From: Pseudomonas phage 5371
Sequence record: PQ758388.1
Length of the DNA: 59,238 nucleotides
Direction: 5' to 3' (one strand)
Both the position numbers and the translations under genes were made by a program. Under the pieces are notes generated by a model, which saw nothing but the letters and a program-made list of their open reading frames with translations, searched no databases and had not been told where the DNA came from. How positions within the stretch are numbered: the stretch's first letter is position 1; every line of letters starts with the position of its first letter. Shown one piece after another: positions 1 to 9,858 of the stretch.

Positions 1-81
1 GCTCGTAAACACTTGATTTAGAAGGTGGTGCGGACGGAGAGACTCGAACTCTCACGCCTTGCGGCGCTGGAACCTAAATCC
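1..81. repeat. 81-bp direct repeat, left copy, prophage attachment-site repeat; minus strand carries a fragment of the 3' 56 nt of a tRNA-Leu(UAG)-like gene plus 25 nt downstream
   Basis: Identical to 59152-59232. Reverse complement reads T-arm GAGAG-TTCGAGT-CTCTC, acceptor CGTCCGC, ACCA. Upstream context here does not continue as a tRNA 5' half. Confidence 0.8.
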
Positions 82-226
82 TGTCTCGCACCTCAGAATC
101 TCTTATATTACAACAGTTTACGCCGACCGCAATCACTTAAACTGTGCCAATCGTGAAATTCCTTTTCACGTTTTCCATTTCCGCGCTTCACGTTTCCGTC
201 ACGCCCGGCATTTAGCGGTCCGACTC

Positions 227-490
227 CTAATCCTGACAGGCCCGGTTCGCAGCCAGGAGCTGCGCCTCGTAACCTATCCTCTGCCGGCGCTCGGACAGCA
301 GCGCGCGGACCTTGGTCTGGATATCGTCGCTCTTCTTCAGCCCAGCGGTTGCCCAGGCCGGCACCTCCACCGCCGGCACTCGGCAAGGCACCGCAACGGG
401 CACTTCTACGCGCACCGTGCGCGGCTCAGGCTCGACCTGGCCGGCGCATCCCGCCAGCGCGAACACCACCAGCATCAGCACCACCCTCAT
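227..490 (-). CDS. putative o-spanin (Rz1-like) outer-membrane lipoprotein; start taken at internal Met (MRVVLMLVVFALAGCAGQ...)
   Basis: Signal peptide with lipobox LAGC, followed by a Pro-rich segment. Overlaps the 3' end of the Rz-like gene in another frame. Confidence 0.45.
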   Translation of the reverse strand: MRVVLMLVVFALAGCAGQVEPEPRTVRVEVPVAVPCRVPAVEVPAWATAGLKKSDDIQTKVRALLSERRQRIGYEAQLLAANRACQD

Positions 491-855
491 AGACCTAACT
501 CCTGATCGATGACCACTTCGGCTGCCAGGCACTGATCACCAGCAGTTCGCTGGCTCAGCAGGCGCTGGGCTCCGGCATACTGCTCCGCGGCCTGCTGCCG
601 CCCCCGCTCCACAGCCTGCGCGGCATCCCGGGCGCGCTGCTCGCCGGCCATGCGCAGCGCGGCAACCTGCCGGACCTGCTCTGCCACTGCGGACTCCAAC
701 TCTCCCCGGGAGGCACGGCAGGCAGCCAGATCCGCGCTCACGGCATCCAGCTGCGGCCGGTAGTGTCGCGCGCCGAGCCAGACACCGCCGGCGGTGCCGA
801 GGCCGACCAGCACCAGGCAGGCCAGCGCGACCGATAAAGCGCGAGCGGAGATCAC
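487..855 (-). CDS. putative i-spanin (Rz-like)
   Basis: N-terminal TM segment, charged Ala/Gln/Arg-rich coiled-coil body. Sits directly after the endolysin gene with a 4-nt overlap. Confidence 0.5.
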   Translation of the reverse strand: MISARALSVALACLVLVGLGTAGGVWLGARHYRPQLDAVSADLAACRASRGELESAVAEQVRQVAALRMAGEQRARDAAQAVERGRQQAAEQYAGAQRLLSQRTAGDQCLAAEVVIDQELGL

Positions 856-1286
856 GACAGCGGCTCCAGGAACAGGACACGTTCCGCCGCTCGGCGCTTT
901 ACCAGCCCTTCCAAGCGCTTACCACCCGCATTCACCCAGCGAGGGAACTGGTCCGCTGCTCCCTGGTAGTCACCCTTGTTCAGCAGCTTGAGCAGAGTGG
1001 ACGACGCAAGATTTGCCGCGCCCAGGTTATAGACGAAGCTCATCAGGGCATCCCACTGGTTCTGGTTCAGTGGCACTTTCACCAGCTTGTCCATCTCGGG
1101 CTCGAAGCGCTGAATGTCGTTCGACAGCATCCGCTCGGCCTGCTCAACGGTGATCGTCATGTAGCGGGTGACGCCCCGCGTGGTGCCGTAGCCAATGGTC
1201 CAAACGCCTACCGAGTCCTGATAGGCGGACAGGCGCAGGCCCTCGAACGATTTGATGAGGTCTATGCCTCGCTGGGATGTACGCAT
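852..1286 (-). CDS. endolysin, glycoside hydrolase family 24 (T4-lysozyme-like)
   Basis: IDLIKSFEGLRLSAYQDSVGVWTIGYGTT gives the catalytic Glu-Asp-Thr spacing typical of phage lysozymes. Confidence 0.85.
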   Translation of the reverse strand: MRTSQRGIDLIKSFEGLRLSAYQDSVGVWTIGYGTTRGVTRYMTITVEQAERMLSNDIQRFEPEMDKLVKVPLNQNQWDALMSFVYNLGAANLASSTLLKLLNKGDYQGAADQFPRWVNAGGKRLEGLVKRRAAERVLFLEPLS

Positions 1287-1353
1287 TACGGGTCTCCAAA
1301 AACGACGAAGCCCGCTCTATAGCGGGCTTATCTTCGTCGGGAAGGTGTTCGGG

Positions 1354-1548
1354 TCAGCTACCGGTCAGGATCGCCAGCAGCACAGGAGACGACAGCCAAG
1401 CGGCGGCTCCACAGGCGAGGATCAGCAGGCTGACCCCGATGCAAAAATTCAGGAAATGACTCGTTGGCATTTTGACCTCCAGCCAGTCTTTAACCTTCAG
1501 CAAGATTGGTCTACGATTCACGTATGTTCTGCTCCTTGTCCTTCCCAA
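1354..1548 (-). CDS. small membrane protein, possible holin or lysis accessory; real start may be the internal Met giving about 38 aa
   Basis: Single strongly hydrophobic segment; sits immediately upstream of the endolysin. Confidence 0.25.
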   Translation of the reverse strand: MGRTRSRTYVNRRPILLKVKDWLEVKMPTSHFLNFCIGVSLLILACGAAAWLSSPVLLAILTGS

Positions 1549-1557
1549 GGGGTGGAA

Positions 1558-1604
1558 ATAAAAACCCCCGGCACGCTGTGAACGTCCGGGGGTTTTGCTT
1601 TTCT
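1558..1604. terminator. bidirectional rho-independent terminator
   Basis: AAAAA-CCCCCGG-(13 nt)-CCGGGGG-TTTTGCTTTT: GC stem flanked by an A-run and a T-run. Confidence 0.5.
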
Positions 1605-1615
1605 GTCTTGCGCGA

Positions 1616-1948
1616 CTACCAGTCGGTTTCGATGCTCAGAGAAACCCTTGGATGGTCGAGTTCGGTATACATGCTTTTCACTGTTGCCTTTGTGATCCGC
1701 CCACCCGCCTTCATCTTTCGGGTGAAGAACGCGGCCCGATCTCTCTTGATGTAGCCAATTTGTACGTCAGTCGGGAGGAACAGGGTGAACCAGCGTCGGA
1801 CATGCACGTAGACGGCGATGGCATTGGGGTCGTGCGGGTTGTCCGGTTCTGGCACTAGCTTGACTTCCATTCCGGGGCGCACAGCCAGGCGTATTCTGCC
1901 GCTACGACCTTCGAATCCTGTGCCCGTGACAATCACGCTGTACTGCAT
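1616..1948 (-). CDS. HIRAN-domain protein
   Basis: VKLVPEPDNPHDPNAIAVYV...IGYIKRD matches the HIRAN NPxDxNAI signature. Confidence 0.55.
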   Translation of the reverse strand: MQYSVIVTGTGFEGRSGRIRLAVRPGMEVKLVPEPDNPHDPNAIAVYVHVRRWFTLFLPTDVQIGYIKRDRAAFFTRKMKAGGRITKATVKSMYTELDHPRVSLSIETDW

Positions 1949-2023
1949 GGCAATCCCTTATTGATCAGTTGTCAGCAGGTCACGACGCTATCAATCGCCC
2001 GTGCATGACGCCAGACCTCGAGG

Positions 2024-2371
2024 TCACAGTTCTCTTGTCCAGTCGCCGAGCCCCTTCGCCTTCATCTTTTCGAAAGTCTGGCGCGCACGCTCAACCAGCA
2101 TGGGAGCCAGGGGGACACCCTGCTCGTCTACGAGAACCTCAACGAGTGAGCACCTGCATCCCTCTGAATTGCCATCACGCGCATACCACTCCCTTACCTG
2201 ATAAGCAGTGAAAAGCTTTCCATGCCTTGCCGCGTGAGAGGTTCGGGTATCTGGACGAAGGGCCGATAGATGCATAAACAAAGTCCTGCAACCGTAGCTG
2301 CTGGACGCGCTATTCAGCTTAGCCATTCGATTCGCATGGATGCTCGCTGAGTCGATTTCCTTTTTAGCCAC
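2024..2371 (-). CDS. hypothetical protein, divergent from the antirepressor gene
   Basis: ORF only; start uncertain. Confidence 0.3.
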   Translation of the reverse strand: MAKKEIDSASIHANRMAKLNSASSSYGCRTLFMHLSALRPDTRTSHAARHGKLFTAYQVREWYARDGNSEGCRCSLVEVLVDEQGVPLAPMLVERARQTFEKMKAKGLGDWTREL

Positions 2372-2478
2372 CCCAGCCCCTCATGAACGTTGACGAATGC
2401 TGGCGTTTATTCCATATTCCGCCTGCCGCTGCAAATTCAGCGGCCTGGGATTGGCCTCCCAGACTGAAGGCGGACACA

Positions 2479-2499
2479 GCCGCTTAAAGCGGTTTTTTT
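2479..2499 (+). terminator. weak terminator-like hairpin plus T7 run in the antirepressor leader
   Basis: GCCGC-TTAAA-GCGGT followed by TTTTTTT. Confidence 0.3.
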
Positions 2500-2646
2500 G
2501 TGTCCATAGCACGGCACCAGTTTATGGGCGGGCCGTGTGGGCACTCGCAAGAGTGGCCGGTTCCTTCAGCCGGTAGGCCAACCCGCACGGTCCCGCCCTC
2601 CAGATTGGCCTCTGGCGGCGGACTCTAAACTGAAGGAGTCCTCATC

Positions 2647-3531
2647 ATGCAAACCGCACAAGTAATTCCGTTCCAGTTCGACAACCGCGAAGTCCGTACC
2701 ATGCTGATCGATGACCAGCCGTGGTTCTGTGCTGCTGACGTTTGCGCCTCTCTCGCGATTGGCAACACGTCGCTGGCGGTCAATGGTCGCGCCGACCGCA
2801 AAGGCGACGGATTGGACGAAGACGAGAAGGGTATTGCCACTGTCAACACCCCTTCCGGCGAGCAGCAAATGTTGGTGGTCAGCGAGTCAGGTCTGTACGC
2901 GCTGATTTTCAAAAGCCGCAAGAAGGAGGCTAAGCGCTTTCAGAAGTGGGTAACCGCCGAGGTACTGCCTGCGATTCGCAAGCATGGTCGCTATGAGGAC
3001 TCCAGCAACAAGATGGCAACCCTGGTTGGCGAAACCATCGGCACCGACGGCTTCCACATGCTCGGCTCGTTGATCAAGGGCAAGGTAGCCGCCCTCCCCG
3101 TCGAAGTCCGCCGCCGCGCCACCGCGAAAATCTGGTCACAGACCCATGCCGCATTCGGGGTTCGGTCTGCCACAGACATCCCCGCCAATCAGTTAGATGC
3201 AGCCCGCAACTTCGTCGCCGCCTACAGCGTTCACGAAGGAGAATGGCTGCCGAAGCCTGAAAAACGCTGCGGCACCATGCTCAACGACCACCAACTCTAC
3301 GACGTGTACTTCGTCTGCCACCACTTCCAGTACCTGTTCGAAATCTTCAAGCGCCACAGCCTCTACAGCTTCCTTGGGCAGCACGGCTCCCGCGCAGGCG
3401 TAGAAATGATCGACCACTTCAAGGATGGCTACATGGGAGTCTGGAAGCTCAGGAGGGATTTCGATGGTGAGTTCGATGCCGTACAGCGGCGGCTAGGGCT
3501 CAACCGGTATTCTGGGCTCAGCATCCGCTAG
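2647..3531 (+). CDS. phage antirepressor, Bro-N domain with C-terminal KilA-C-like region
   Basis: N-terminal QVIPFQFDNREVRTMLIDDQPWFCAADVCASL...DEDEKG is the Bro-N pattern. Strong RBS AAGGAG upstream. Confidence 0.7.
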   Translation: MQTAQVIPFQFDNREVRTMLIDDQPWFCAADVCASLAIGNTSLAVNGRADRKGDGLDEDEKGIATVNTPSGEQQMLVVSESGLYALIFKSRKKEAKRFQKWVTAEVLPAIRKHGRYEDSSNKMATLVGETIGTDGFHMLGSLIKGKVAALPVEVRRRATAKIWSQTHAAFGVRSATDIPANQLDAARNFVAAYSVHEGEWLPKPEKRCGTMLNDHQLYDVYFVCHHFQYLFEIFKRHSLYSFLGQHGSRAGVEMIDHFKDGYMGVWKLRRDFDGEFDAVQRRLGLNRYSGLSIR

Positions 3532-3648
3532 TGGTTTTCCCCGCGCCGGCGCGAGGGCCGGCGTTCGGGAGGATTTGCAGCAGTTGCTGCTCAGTGATAG
3601 GCATGCTGATCTCCAGGCACAAAAAAAAGCCCGCAGAGTGCGGGCTGG

Positions 3649-4773
3649 TCATAGAGTCTCGGGCTGCATCTCGGGAGGTGCCGGCATCGACAATCGGACA
3701 TCGATCCAACTGTTGAGCGGGACATCCAGTGGGGCGCCCTTCCCGAGCACCATTTCGCCGTCGTCACTGAGTGTCCAGCGCTGTTTGAAGAGCCGGATGG
3801 TGACCGTCCCATCCTCAGCCTGTTCGCTGTCAGTGATACCGAGTGGGCGACCGCCGTCGGGAGACGCAGGGTCGATCACGCGCCAGCCCTCTTTCGCTAG
3901 CCCCAGGCTACCAGAGACCTTGTAGACGCCAACGGCGAGCCGTTGAACAGTAACGCCGCGGGCCTCTGCGTTGGCTACACCCCAAGCCCCCGCAGGCTCG
4001 AAGTCCAGTTCGTTGAGGTCCGGTCTCAAGCTCCCATCAACGTTGGCGATACGCACGACCGGCGATGCAGCACGAAGCGTCCCGTCGGTTGCTCTCGTCG
4101 TGTTTATAGTCGTGTAGAACTCGAAAATAGGGGCAGACGAGAATTTCCCGCACCGACCTTTGACCGTAGATGCCGGCACCTGGCCGAAAAACATCTGCGC
4201 TCCTCGCAAGTCGGATCCGTCGTAGCCGATCGTCAACACAGATCCGTTGCTAATGCCAGTTGCCACGGAGTCAACAGTTGTCGAATCGAATATCTCGACG
4301 CTTGTCGCATAACGATGAATCGATGGTGCTCGGTCAGGACGCTCAGAACCAATCCCGAATGCGCCGACCGGCATGGCGTTTCCAAGCATTGTACCGATAT
4401 CGGCCTGGGCGGCGCTGCGCAACTCGAGCGAGTTCCTCGCCTGGGCCGGCGTCGGTGCCGTTGCCCACGGCTGAATGCCGGCCAGCGTCCCTCCCCACTG
4501 GTTCGCTATCAGGTTGAATCGATCGCTCAGCTCCTTGTCGTAACCCAGGATTGGCGCCACCGCATAGGGCTGGCCGCTAGCCGTGCTGCCCCGGTAGTTG
4601 GGCTTTATCGACATGACCGTCGAACTGGCGACGTTGCTCACTTCGTAGAGGCGCCCGTCAGGGGCAATAAAGGCGTCGCCTACCCGGACATTAGAAGAAA
4701 ACTGAGTTCCGGTGCCGGTGACGGTCGGGCTATTTTCTGTCACCGCGACGGTGCCGGTTGAATACCATGCCAT
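3649..4773 (-). CDS. tail fibre protein
   Basis: Gly/Thr/Ser-rich N-terminus typical of lambdoid side tail fibres; lies after the J gene. Confidence 0.5.
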   Translation of the reverse strand: MAWYSTGTVAVTENSPTVTGTGTQFSSNVRVGDAFIAPDGRLYEVSNVASSTVMSIKPNYRGSTASGQPYAVAPILGYDKELSDRFNLIANQWGGTLAGIQPWATAPTPAQARNSLELRSAAQADIGTMLGNAMPVGAFGIGSERPDRAPSIHRYATSVEIFDSTTVDSVATGISNGSVLTIGYDGSDLRGAQMFFGQVPASTVKGRCGKFSSAPIFEFYTTINTTRATDGTLRAASPVVRIANVDGSLRPDLNELDFEPAGAWGVANAEARGVTVQRLAVGVYKVSGSLGLAKEGWRVIDPASPDGGRPLGITDSEQAEDGTVTIRLFKQRWTLSDDGEMVLGKGAPLDVPLNSWIDVRLSMPAPPEMQPETL

Positions 4774-4789
4774 TTAAGCCTCCATCAAA

Positions 4790-5455
4790 TTACGCGACAA
4801 CAATGAGTGGCCAGTTGAACTTAAATCCGATCTCATCCGGAACTAACGAGGAGACGAAAATCATGGCCCGGGAATTGTACAGGAACCCTATACGAGGGGG
4901 TTCCAGAGTATAGATATGCTTTAGATTAAAATGACTCACCAGAAAATAGGTGGACAACCCATATGGATATGGAAGTGCCCATGTTTGCATGTGCATACCT
5001 CCGGGCCAATTAGGGTTATGGGCGTATAACTCCCACTCCTGCGCCCCTCCAACAAACCGCACAATCTCGCGATTACTGTCGAACATGACACGCGACTGAG
5101 CATCGAATACATGCATGCCCCACCCTCCTATACGGGGTAGCATGACTGCTGCGGCCTTCCACTTTCCTCCATATACCGGCGGGTCGGTATCTTGGAAACT
5201 AGACTGGTAAAACGCAAATCCAGACCAAGCCCCAGCCCCTCCCAGATGTCGAAATCTATAAATCTGGTGAGGCCCATTAGGACAGAAGTATACATATGGC
5301 TCGTAGGGCGAGTTAATTGGCGCCGAGTAGTTTACAACAATTTCCACCGCTCCTTGAACGCCATACACCCCACCTTCAACAATATGCATGCAGGGGTTTG
5401 AGTCATCGATAATTGTTTGCCCATTGTTCCCTCGAACAAGGATACCGTAGCTCAT
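4790..5455 (-). CDS. hypothetical tail-associated protein
   Basis: N-terminus MSYGI...RN.GG.I is paralogous to the upstream 94-aa protein. Lower-GC patch. Confidence 0.4.
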   Translation of the reverse strand: MSYGILVRGNNGQTIIDDSNPCMHIVEGGVYGVQGAVEIVVNYSAPINSPYEPYVYFCPNGPHQIYRFRHLGGAGAWSGFAFYQSSFQDTDPPVYGGKWKAAAVMLPRIGGWGMHVFDAQSRVMFDSNREIVRFVGGAQEWELYAHNPNWPGGMHMQTWALPYPYGLSTYFLVSHFNLKHIYTLEPPRIGFLYNSRAMIFVSSLVPDEIGFKFNWPLIVVA

Positions 5456-5736
5456 GAGAACATTACCGCATGTAGGACATAGGTAACATTTGGAGATCCG
5501 TCTCGCAAAAACGTAATTACATTTCCAGATATTCTATAGGAAGGGACGTTTCCAAATGGGTAGCCGCTTGAGATTAAGAAAACTACACCACGAGCGGGAT
5601 CAAAGCCGGGAATACTCACTGCCATTCCTCCTGTGATCGCTCCAATCGATTGTCGATATACAGTCCGCGCCGACTGGCCGGTGAGGTCCATCACGATCCC
5701 TCCGGCTGCGTTTCGAATTCGGATGCCATAGCTCAT
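5452..5736 (-). CDS. hypothetical tail-associated protein
   Basis: Small protein immediately after J; N-terminal paralogy with 4790-5455. Confidence 0.4.
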   Translation of the reverse strand: MSYGIRIRNAAGGIVMDLTGQSARTVYRQSIGAITGGMAVSIPGFDPARGVVFLISSGYPFGNVPSYRISGNVITFLRDGSPNVTYVLHAVMFS

Positions 5737-8700
5737 GCGTCGAGATTCCCGATCTGTACCCGTAACACCAGGTTCGCGTCGTAGACTTTAACGGCCTCCG
5801 CTGTCTGCCTCATGAAGCCTCCGGACGTTGCGCTGTTCATCGTCAAACTCCCTGCTTTATCAAGCTTCCACAGCGGCTCGCCGTTGGCACCGAGTGCGGT
5901 CGACTGAATCACGTTGCCGATCTTCGCGTTCGTAATCGAACCGTCCTGAATCATCGCGTTGTTGATGAACATCTGGCCTCCGACGATCGAGACCGGCGCC
6001 ACGGTCTGCCCGCTGGAACTGTTGAACCAGAGGAACCGATCAGCCTGGAACGCCATGGTCGTCACGCTCGTACCGCTGTCGAACCCAAGCTGGAACCCGG
6101 TGGCGTACTGCTGCCCATTGGCATGGGCCTGGAGCTTCACGCTGTACATCGCCTTCACGCCCTGATCCAGTGACGCTACAACGCTCTGCGTGGTCTGAAT
6201 CGCGGCCCCGTTGGCGCTCGTTTGCGCCTGGACGGTCTCTACACGCTTCGCCTGCGCCTCGATCTCATTCGCGCGCACGATGACCTCGGTGGCTGCTCGA
6301 GCAATGGTGTCCCACCCCTTCAGTGCATCCGCTTTCTCTCCGGTAGCCGGCTCCCGGCGCGCGGCTGCTTGCAGCACGTCCAGGCTGGAGGCACTGGACT
6401 GAACAACACCGTCGAGCTCTTCAATCGCGGCCGCATTCTCAGTCACGCGTAACGCAAGGGCATCGACCGATTCGACGAGCTCGCCCACATCAGCCCAGTA
6501 AACGGGGTTCGGCGGCGGATTGCCCGCGGGAACGTCCTGGAGGGCTTGATAGAACCTGCCGTTCAATCGAACGATCTGGCCCTTCTGGTATACCGTGCCG
6601 GCGTCGTAGTACTGCTCCATCAACTGGTCGACGTTACCGCCGATTTGCTCGATGTTTTCGAAGAACTGCTCGCCGAGGGCGGACTCGACGTACTCCTTGG
6701 TGATCAGTTCGTTGTACTCGCTCGCATCTGTCGAGCTGATACCGTCGACCCAGGCCGACCAGGGGCCGACGTTGCCGGTCCTGTCGATCAGCCGCCCGCG
6801 GAAGGCCAAGCGAGCGCCGGCCGCGAGCGAGGTCAGCGTGTGGGTGTCGGTCGGGTAGGCAAACAAGCCCAGGGCAGTTGCGTTCTGTTCGCTGCCGCCT
6901 GGGGTAACCGACTGTTGGATCTCGGTGTAGGCGGTGTCCGCCGCGCCACTGGCCGGGAATCCCCACTCCAGGCCGATCTTCCACGGTCCGCTGGTGGTAC
7001 GCAGGAACGCCAGCGCCGGCGGCGCACCGGTCTTGCCGGTGATGTTGGTCAACACCGAGTTCGCTGGGATCGACGACACGTTCATGGAGTTCACAGCCCG
7101 CACGCGCGCAAGGTACTGGCCGGTGTATACCCCACGTACTTCCACCATCAGCTCCCCCGTACGCGGAACCCTGACCCACTCGCGCGAGCCCCAGCGCCAC
7201 TCTACGTCGTACGCTACCGCGTCCGGTGCCGCGTCCCAGGCGATGGTCATGATCGTGACCGCCAGGCCTTGCTCGACCGCGATGTGCTGCGAGATCAATA
7301 CGCGTGCAGGTGGATCCTGCACCCCGGACGGGAGGACGCTGATCGGCCGAGAATCGATGATCGCCCCGTGATCGATCGCATCAAACTTGCCGGGCTCGTG
7401 CTGGATAACCTCAAGCTGGAATTGCTCCCAACTTGGTCTGGTCACGTTCTTGACGTAGAACTGCATCAGGGCCAGGTCGTCGTAGTCGATCGCCCAACCG
7501 CTCTCGGGGGAAGGCTCTTCACTGAAGTCGGCCACCACCGTTATGACGCGTCCGTCATGACCTTGAATCGCCCTGGCTTCCGAGCGCCCACTGGGCAGGT
7601 TGACTCGCAGCCGCGCGCCGACCGGGATATCCACATCTCGGTCTACGGTGATTGCTCGTCCAGATACCGCCGAGATCCTGCCGCCATTCGCACGACCGGC
7701 AAGCATGGGGTCTGCCAGAGCCACCACCTGTCCAGGCCGCGGGATGAATCCATCCAGGCCAACCTTCCAGACGGCCCCACGAGTCTGCAACTGCTCAGTC
7801 ATAAGCGCCCACTGCCCCGCCCGCTGCGCCTGACCCTGGCTGGTGCAGCCGAGAGCCCCGACCGATACCTCCCTGACGATCCCGCCAAGCTCGATAATCG
7901 CATCCTCGTCGAAGACCGGCTCTTTGTCTGTCTCGAACGCATTGGCCGGGTTGTCCCAAGAGACCATCGCCAGCGAATGGCGGTCTCGCGTCCGCGTCCC
8001 CGAATACGCAACCACGCCATCGTTCAGAATCTGCGAAGTGGAGTAGGTGTAAACCGGGTCCTGAGGCATGTCGGCGTTGACAGTGATCTGGCTACCATCC
8101 CAGAACGCCAACCCATGAAAGATTGCGGCGAGGTCCTGAAGAACGGCATACGCCTCCTCTTGCTTCTGAAGATAGAGGTTGCAAGTGAACCGAGGCTCTT
8201 GACCGCCTTTCCCGTCTGGCACCAACTGGTCGCAGTACTGCGCAATGCGATAGAGGGCCCAACGGTTGACCATGCTCTGGTCGATGCGCTCACCCAGACC
8301 GTAATAGGGGTTCAACACCAGGTCATAGAAGACCCAGGCCGGATTGTTGGAATAAGCCTCCTTGAAGGTGCCGTCCCAAACGCCATTCGTGGTACCGGGG
8401 CCGCCGGTAAAATAGGTCCGAGTCTCAGGGTCATAGTTCATCGGAACCCGCACGATCCGCCCGCGCATGAGCGCAGAGAACTTCGGAAAGTCGCCCCCGA
8501 ACTGCTGGGCGTCATACTCCACGCAGCCAACGGCGGTGAGCGGAAACTCCTGGTTGCTGTCGACAACTTCAGCTATCGCAGTCAGCATCATGGTGTCCTG
8601 GACCAGAGAGCTGTTCGCCTCAGGCGTGATCCGCCGCACGCGAACCGCCCAGTGCCCTCCTGCCGGCAGGTTGATCCGATGAGAACGGTAGTAAGTCGTA

Positions 8701-9224
8701 ACGTTCTTCCGGTCGACAAACGTGCTGAGTACGGTCTGGTAAGGAGCGCCATCCGTGGCGACATCGATCGCGTACTCAATGCGCACCCCATTGATGTTCC
8801 CGGACGAATCCTGCGCCTGCAGGTTGGGCCAGGACAGGCGCACGCGTACCGCATCCGCCGTGGCGTTCGTGACGGTGTAGATGTAGGGCTGCGTGCTGAG
8901 CAAGGTCTGGCCCACCGCAATCTCGTTGCTGGACTCCGCTACACCTTCCAGTCGCTCCTGATTTAACTCGCCCGGTCGAAACTGCCACTTCACGTCGGGA
9001 TAGTTCAGCGTGCCGTCTTCTGCCTGGATCGGAGTACCGTCAAGCTTGATCGACTTGAGTCCATTGACTGGGCCAACAATCGGACCCCAGCTCAGGAGAT
9101 ACACGATCCGAGCAGTGGACAGCGATGCGACGCCGTTCTGGGCGATGTGCGGCTGCTTCGGCTTGGAACTGCCCCCCTTGCTTCCACGCAAAGGCTGATG
9201 GCGCTTCTCGGTCACAACAGACAT
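5733..9224 (-). CDS. J: tail tip / host specificity protein J; start taken at MSVVTEKR (GGAG RBS upstream), ORF extends to 9374
   Basis: Collinear with lambda gpJ: WDGTFKEAYSNNPAWVFYDL, GCTSQGQAQRAGQW, fibronectin-III-like central region. Confidence 0.85.
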   Translation of the reverse strand: MSVVTEKRHQPLRGSKGGSSKPKQPHIAQNGVASLSTARIVYLLSWGPIVGPVNGLKSIKLDGTPIQAEDGTLNYPDVKWQFRPGELNQERLEGVAESSNEIAVGQTLLSTQPYIYTVTNATADAVRVRLSWPNLQAQDSSGNINGVRIEYAIDVATDGAPYQTVLSTFVDRKNVTTYYRSHRINLPAGGHWAVRVRRITPEANSSLVQDTMMLTAIAEVVDSNQEFPLTAVGCVEYDAQQFGGDFPKFSALMRGRIVRVPMNYDPETRTYFTGGPGTTNGVWDGTFKEAYSNNPAWVFYDLVLNPYYGLGERIDQSMVNRWALYRIAQYCDQLVPDGKGGQEPRFTCNLYLQKQEEAYAVLQDLAAIFHGLAFWDGSQITVNADMPQDPVYTYSTSQILNDGVVAYSGTRTRDRHSLAMVSWDNPANAFETDKEPVFDEDAIIELGGIVREVSVGALGCTSQGQAQRAGQWALMTEQLQTRGAVWKVGLDGFIPRPGQVVALADPMLAGRANGGRISAVSGRAITVDRDVDIPVGARLRVNLPSGRSEARAIQGHDGRVITVVADFSEEPSPESGWAIDYDDLALMQFYVKNVTRPSWEQFQLEVIQHEPGKFDAIDHGAIIDSRPISVLPSGVQDPPARVLISQHIAVEQGLAVTIMTIAWDAAPDAVAYDVEWRWGSREWVRVPRTGELMVEVRGVYTGQYLARVRAVNSMNVSSIPANSVLTNITGKTGAPPALAFLRTTSGPWKIGLEWGFPASGAADTAYTEIQQSVTPGGSEQNATALGLFAYPTDTHTLTSLAAGARLAFRGRLIDRTGNVGPWSAWVDGISSTDASEYNELITKEYVESALGEQFFENIEQIGGNVDQLMEQYYDAGTVYQKGQIVRLNGRFYQALQDVPAGNPPPNPVYWADVGELVESVDALALRVTENAAAIEELDGVVQSSASSLDVLQAAARREPATGEKADALKGWDTIARAATEVIVRANEIEAQAKRVETVQAQTSANGAAIQTTQSVVASLDQGVKAMYSVKLQAHANGQQYATGFQLGFDSGTSVTTMAFQADRFLWFNSSSGQTVAPVSIVGGQMFINNAMIQDGSITNAKIGNVIQSTALGANGEPLWKLDKAGSLTMNSATSGGFMRQTAEAVKVYDANLVLRVQIGNLDA

Positions 9225-9279
9225 TTTCGATCTCCAGAAACAAGAAACCCCGCCGAGGCGGGGTCTGGCAGCAGTCGTG

Positions 9280-9858
9280 CTAGAGCTGGTCTTCCGTGTA
9301 AACCCCGCCCGACTCGACGGCGCCGCCGATCTCTCGCTCGCCGTAAAGCACTGGGTATGGGTTGCCCTGAGCAATAGTGGTCATGGCGCCACCGAATCCA
9401 TAGCTCGGGTTATTCCCATCCTCGTTCTTCGCGGCGGAAGCCTGAGTTGACGGGGCCAGCATCTGGGCAACGCCACCAAGCGCCAGGCCAGCGCCGCCAG
9501 CCATCATTGCAACGCCTATTGCCGAGGTGGTACCGAACGTGAAATAGCCCGCAACGACCAACGCCGCCCCCAGGACCGTCTGAAAAATCCCGGAACTCTT
9601 GCTGCCTTGGATGACTGGCACGATGCGGATGACCGACTCGCCGGCTCCGGCCAGGTTAAGCTCCTCTTCGCGAAGATTTCGCCGCCCTACGAAAACCGCG
9701 AACCGCATCCCGCGCTCTTCTGCGGTTCGCATGAATTTCTCGAAACCATCTACCATGCTGGCCAGGGCAATGGCGGCCTCTCGCGGCCCTGATACATCGA
9801 GCACATACTCACGGCCAAATTCACGGCGCAACGCGCCATACAGTCGCACGGTCTTCAT
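9280..9858 (-). CDS. I: tail assembly protein I
   Basis: MKTVRLYGALRREFGREY... with C-terminal Gly/Ala-rich TM-like segment, between K and J. Confidence 0.7.
   Translation of the reverse strand: MKTVRLYGALRREFGREYVLDVSGPREAAIALASMVDGFEKFMRTAEERGMRFAVFVGRRNLREEELNLAGAGESVIRIVPVIQGSKSSGIFQTVLGAALVVAGYFTFGTTSAIGVAMMAGGAGLALGGVAQMLAPSTQASAAKNEDGNNPSYGFGGAMTTIAQGNPYPVLYGEREIGGAVESGGVYTEDQL

Noticed and set aside
59-532. Several overlapping ORFs at 59-532 on both strands
   Set aside because: High-GC overlapping frames across the att repeat. Only the lipobox-containing minus-strand frame is kept as Rz1-like.
6546-8966. 806-aa plus-strand ORF inside the J gene region
   Set aside because: Antisense to the well-supported gpJ homologue. 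It is a long ORF of Arg/Gly/Pro-rich low-complexity translation typical of high-GC antisense frames.
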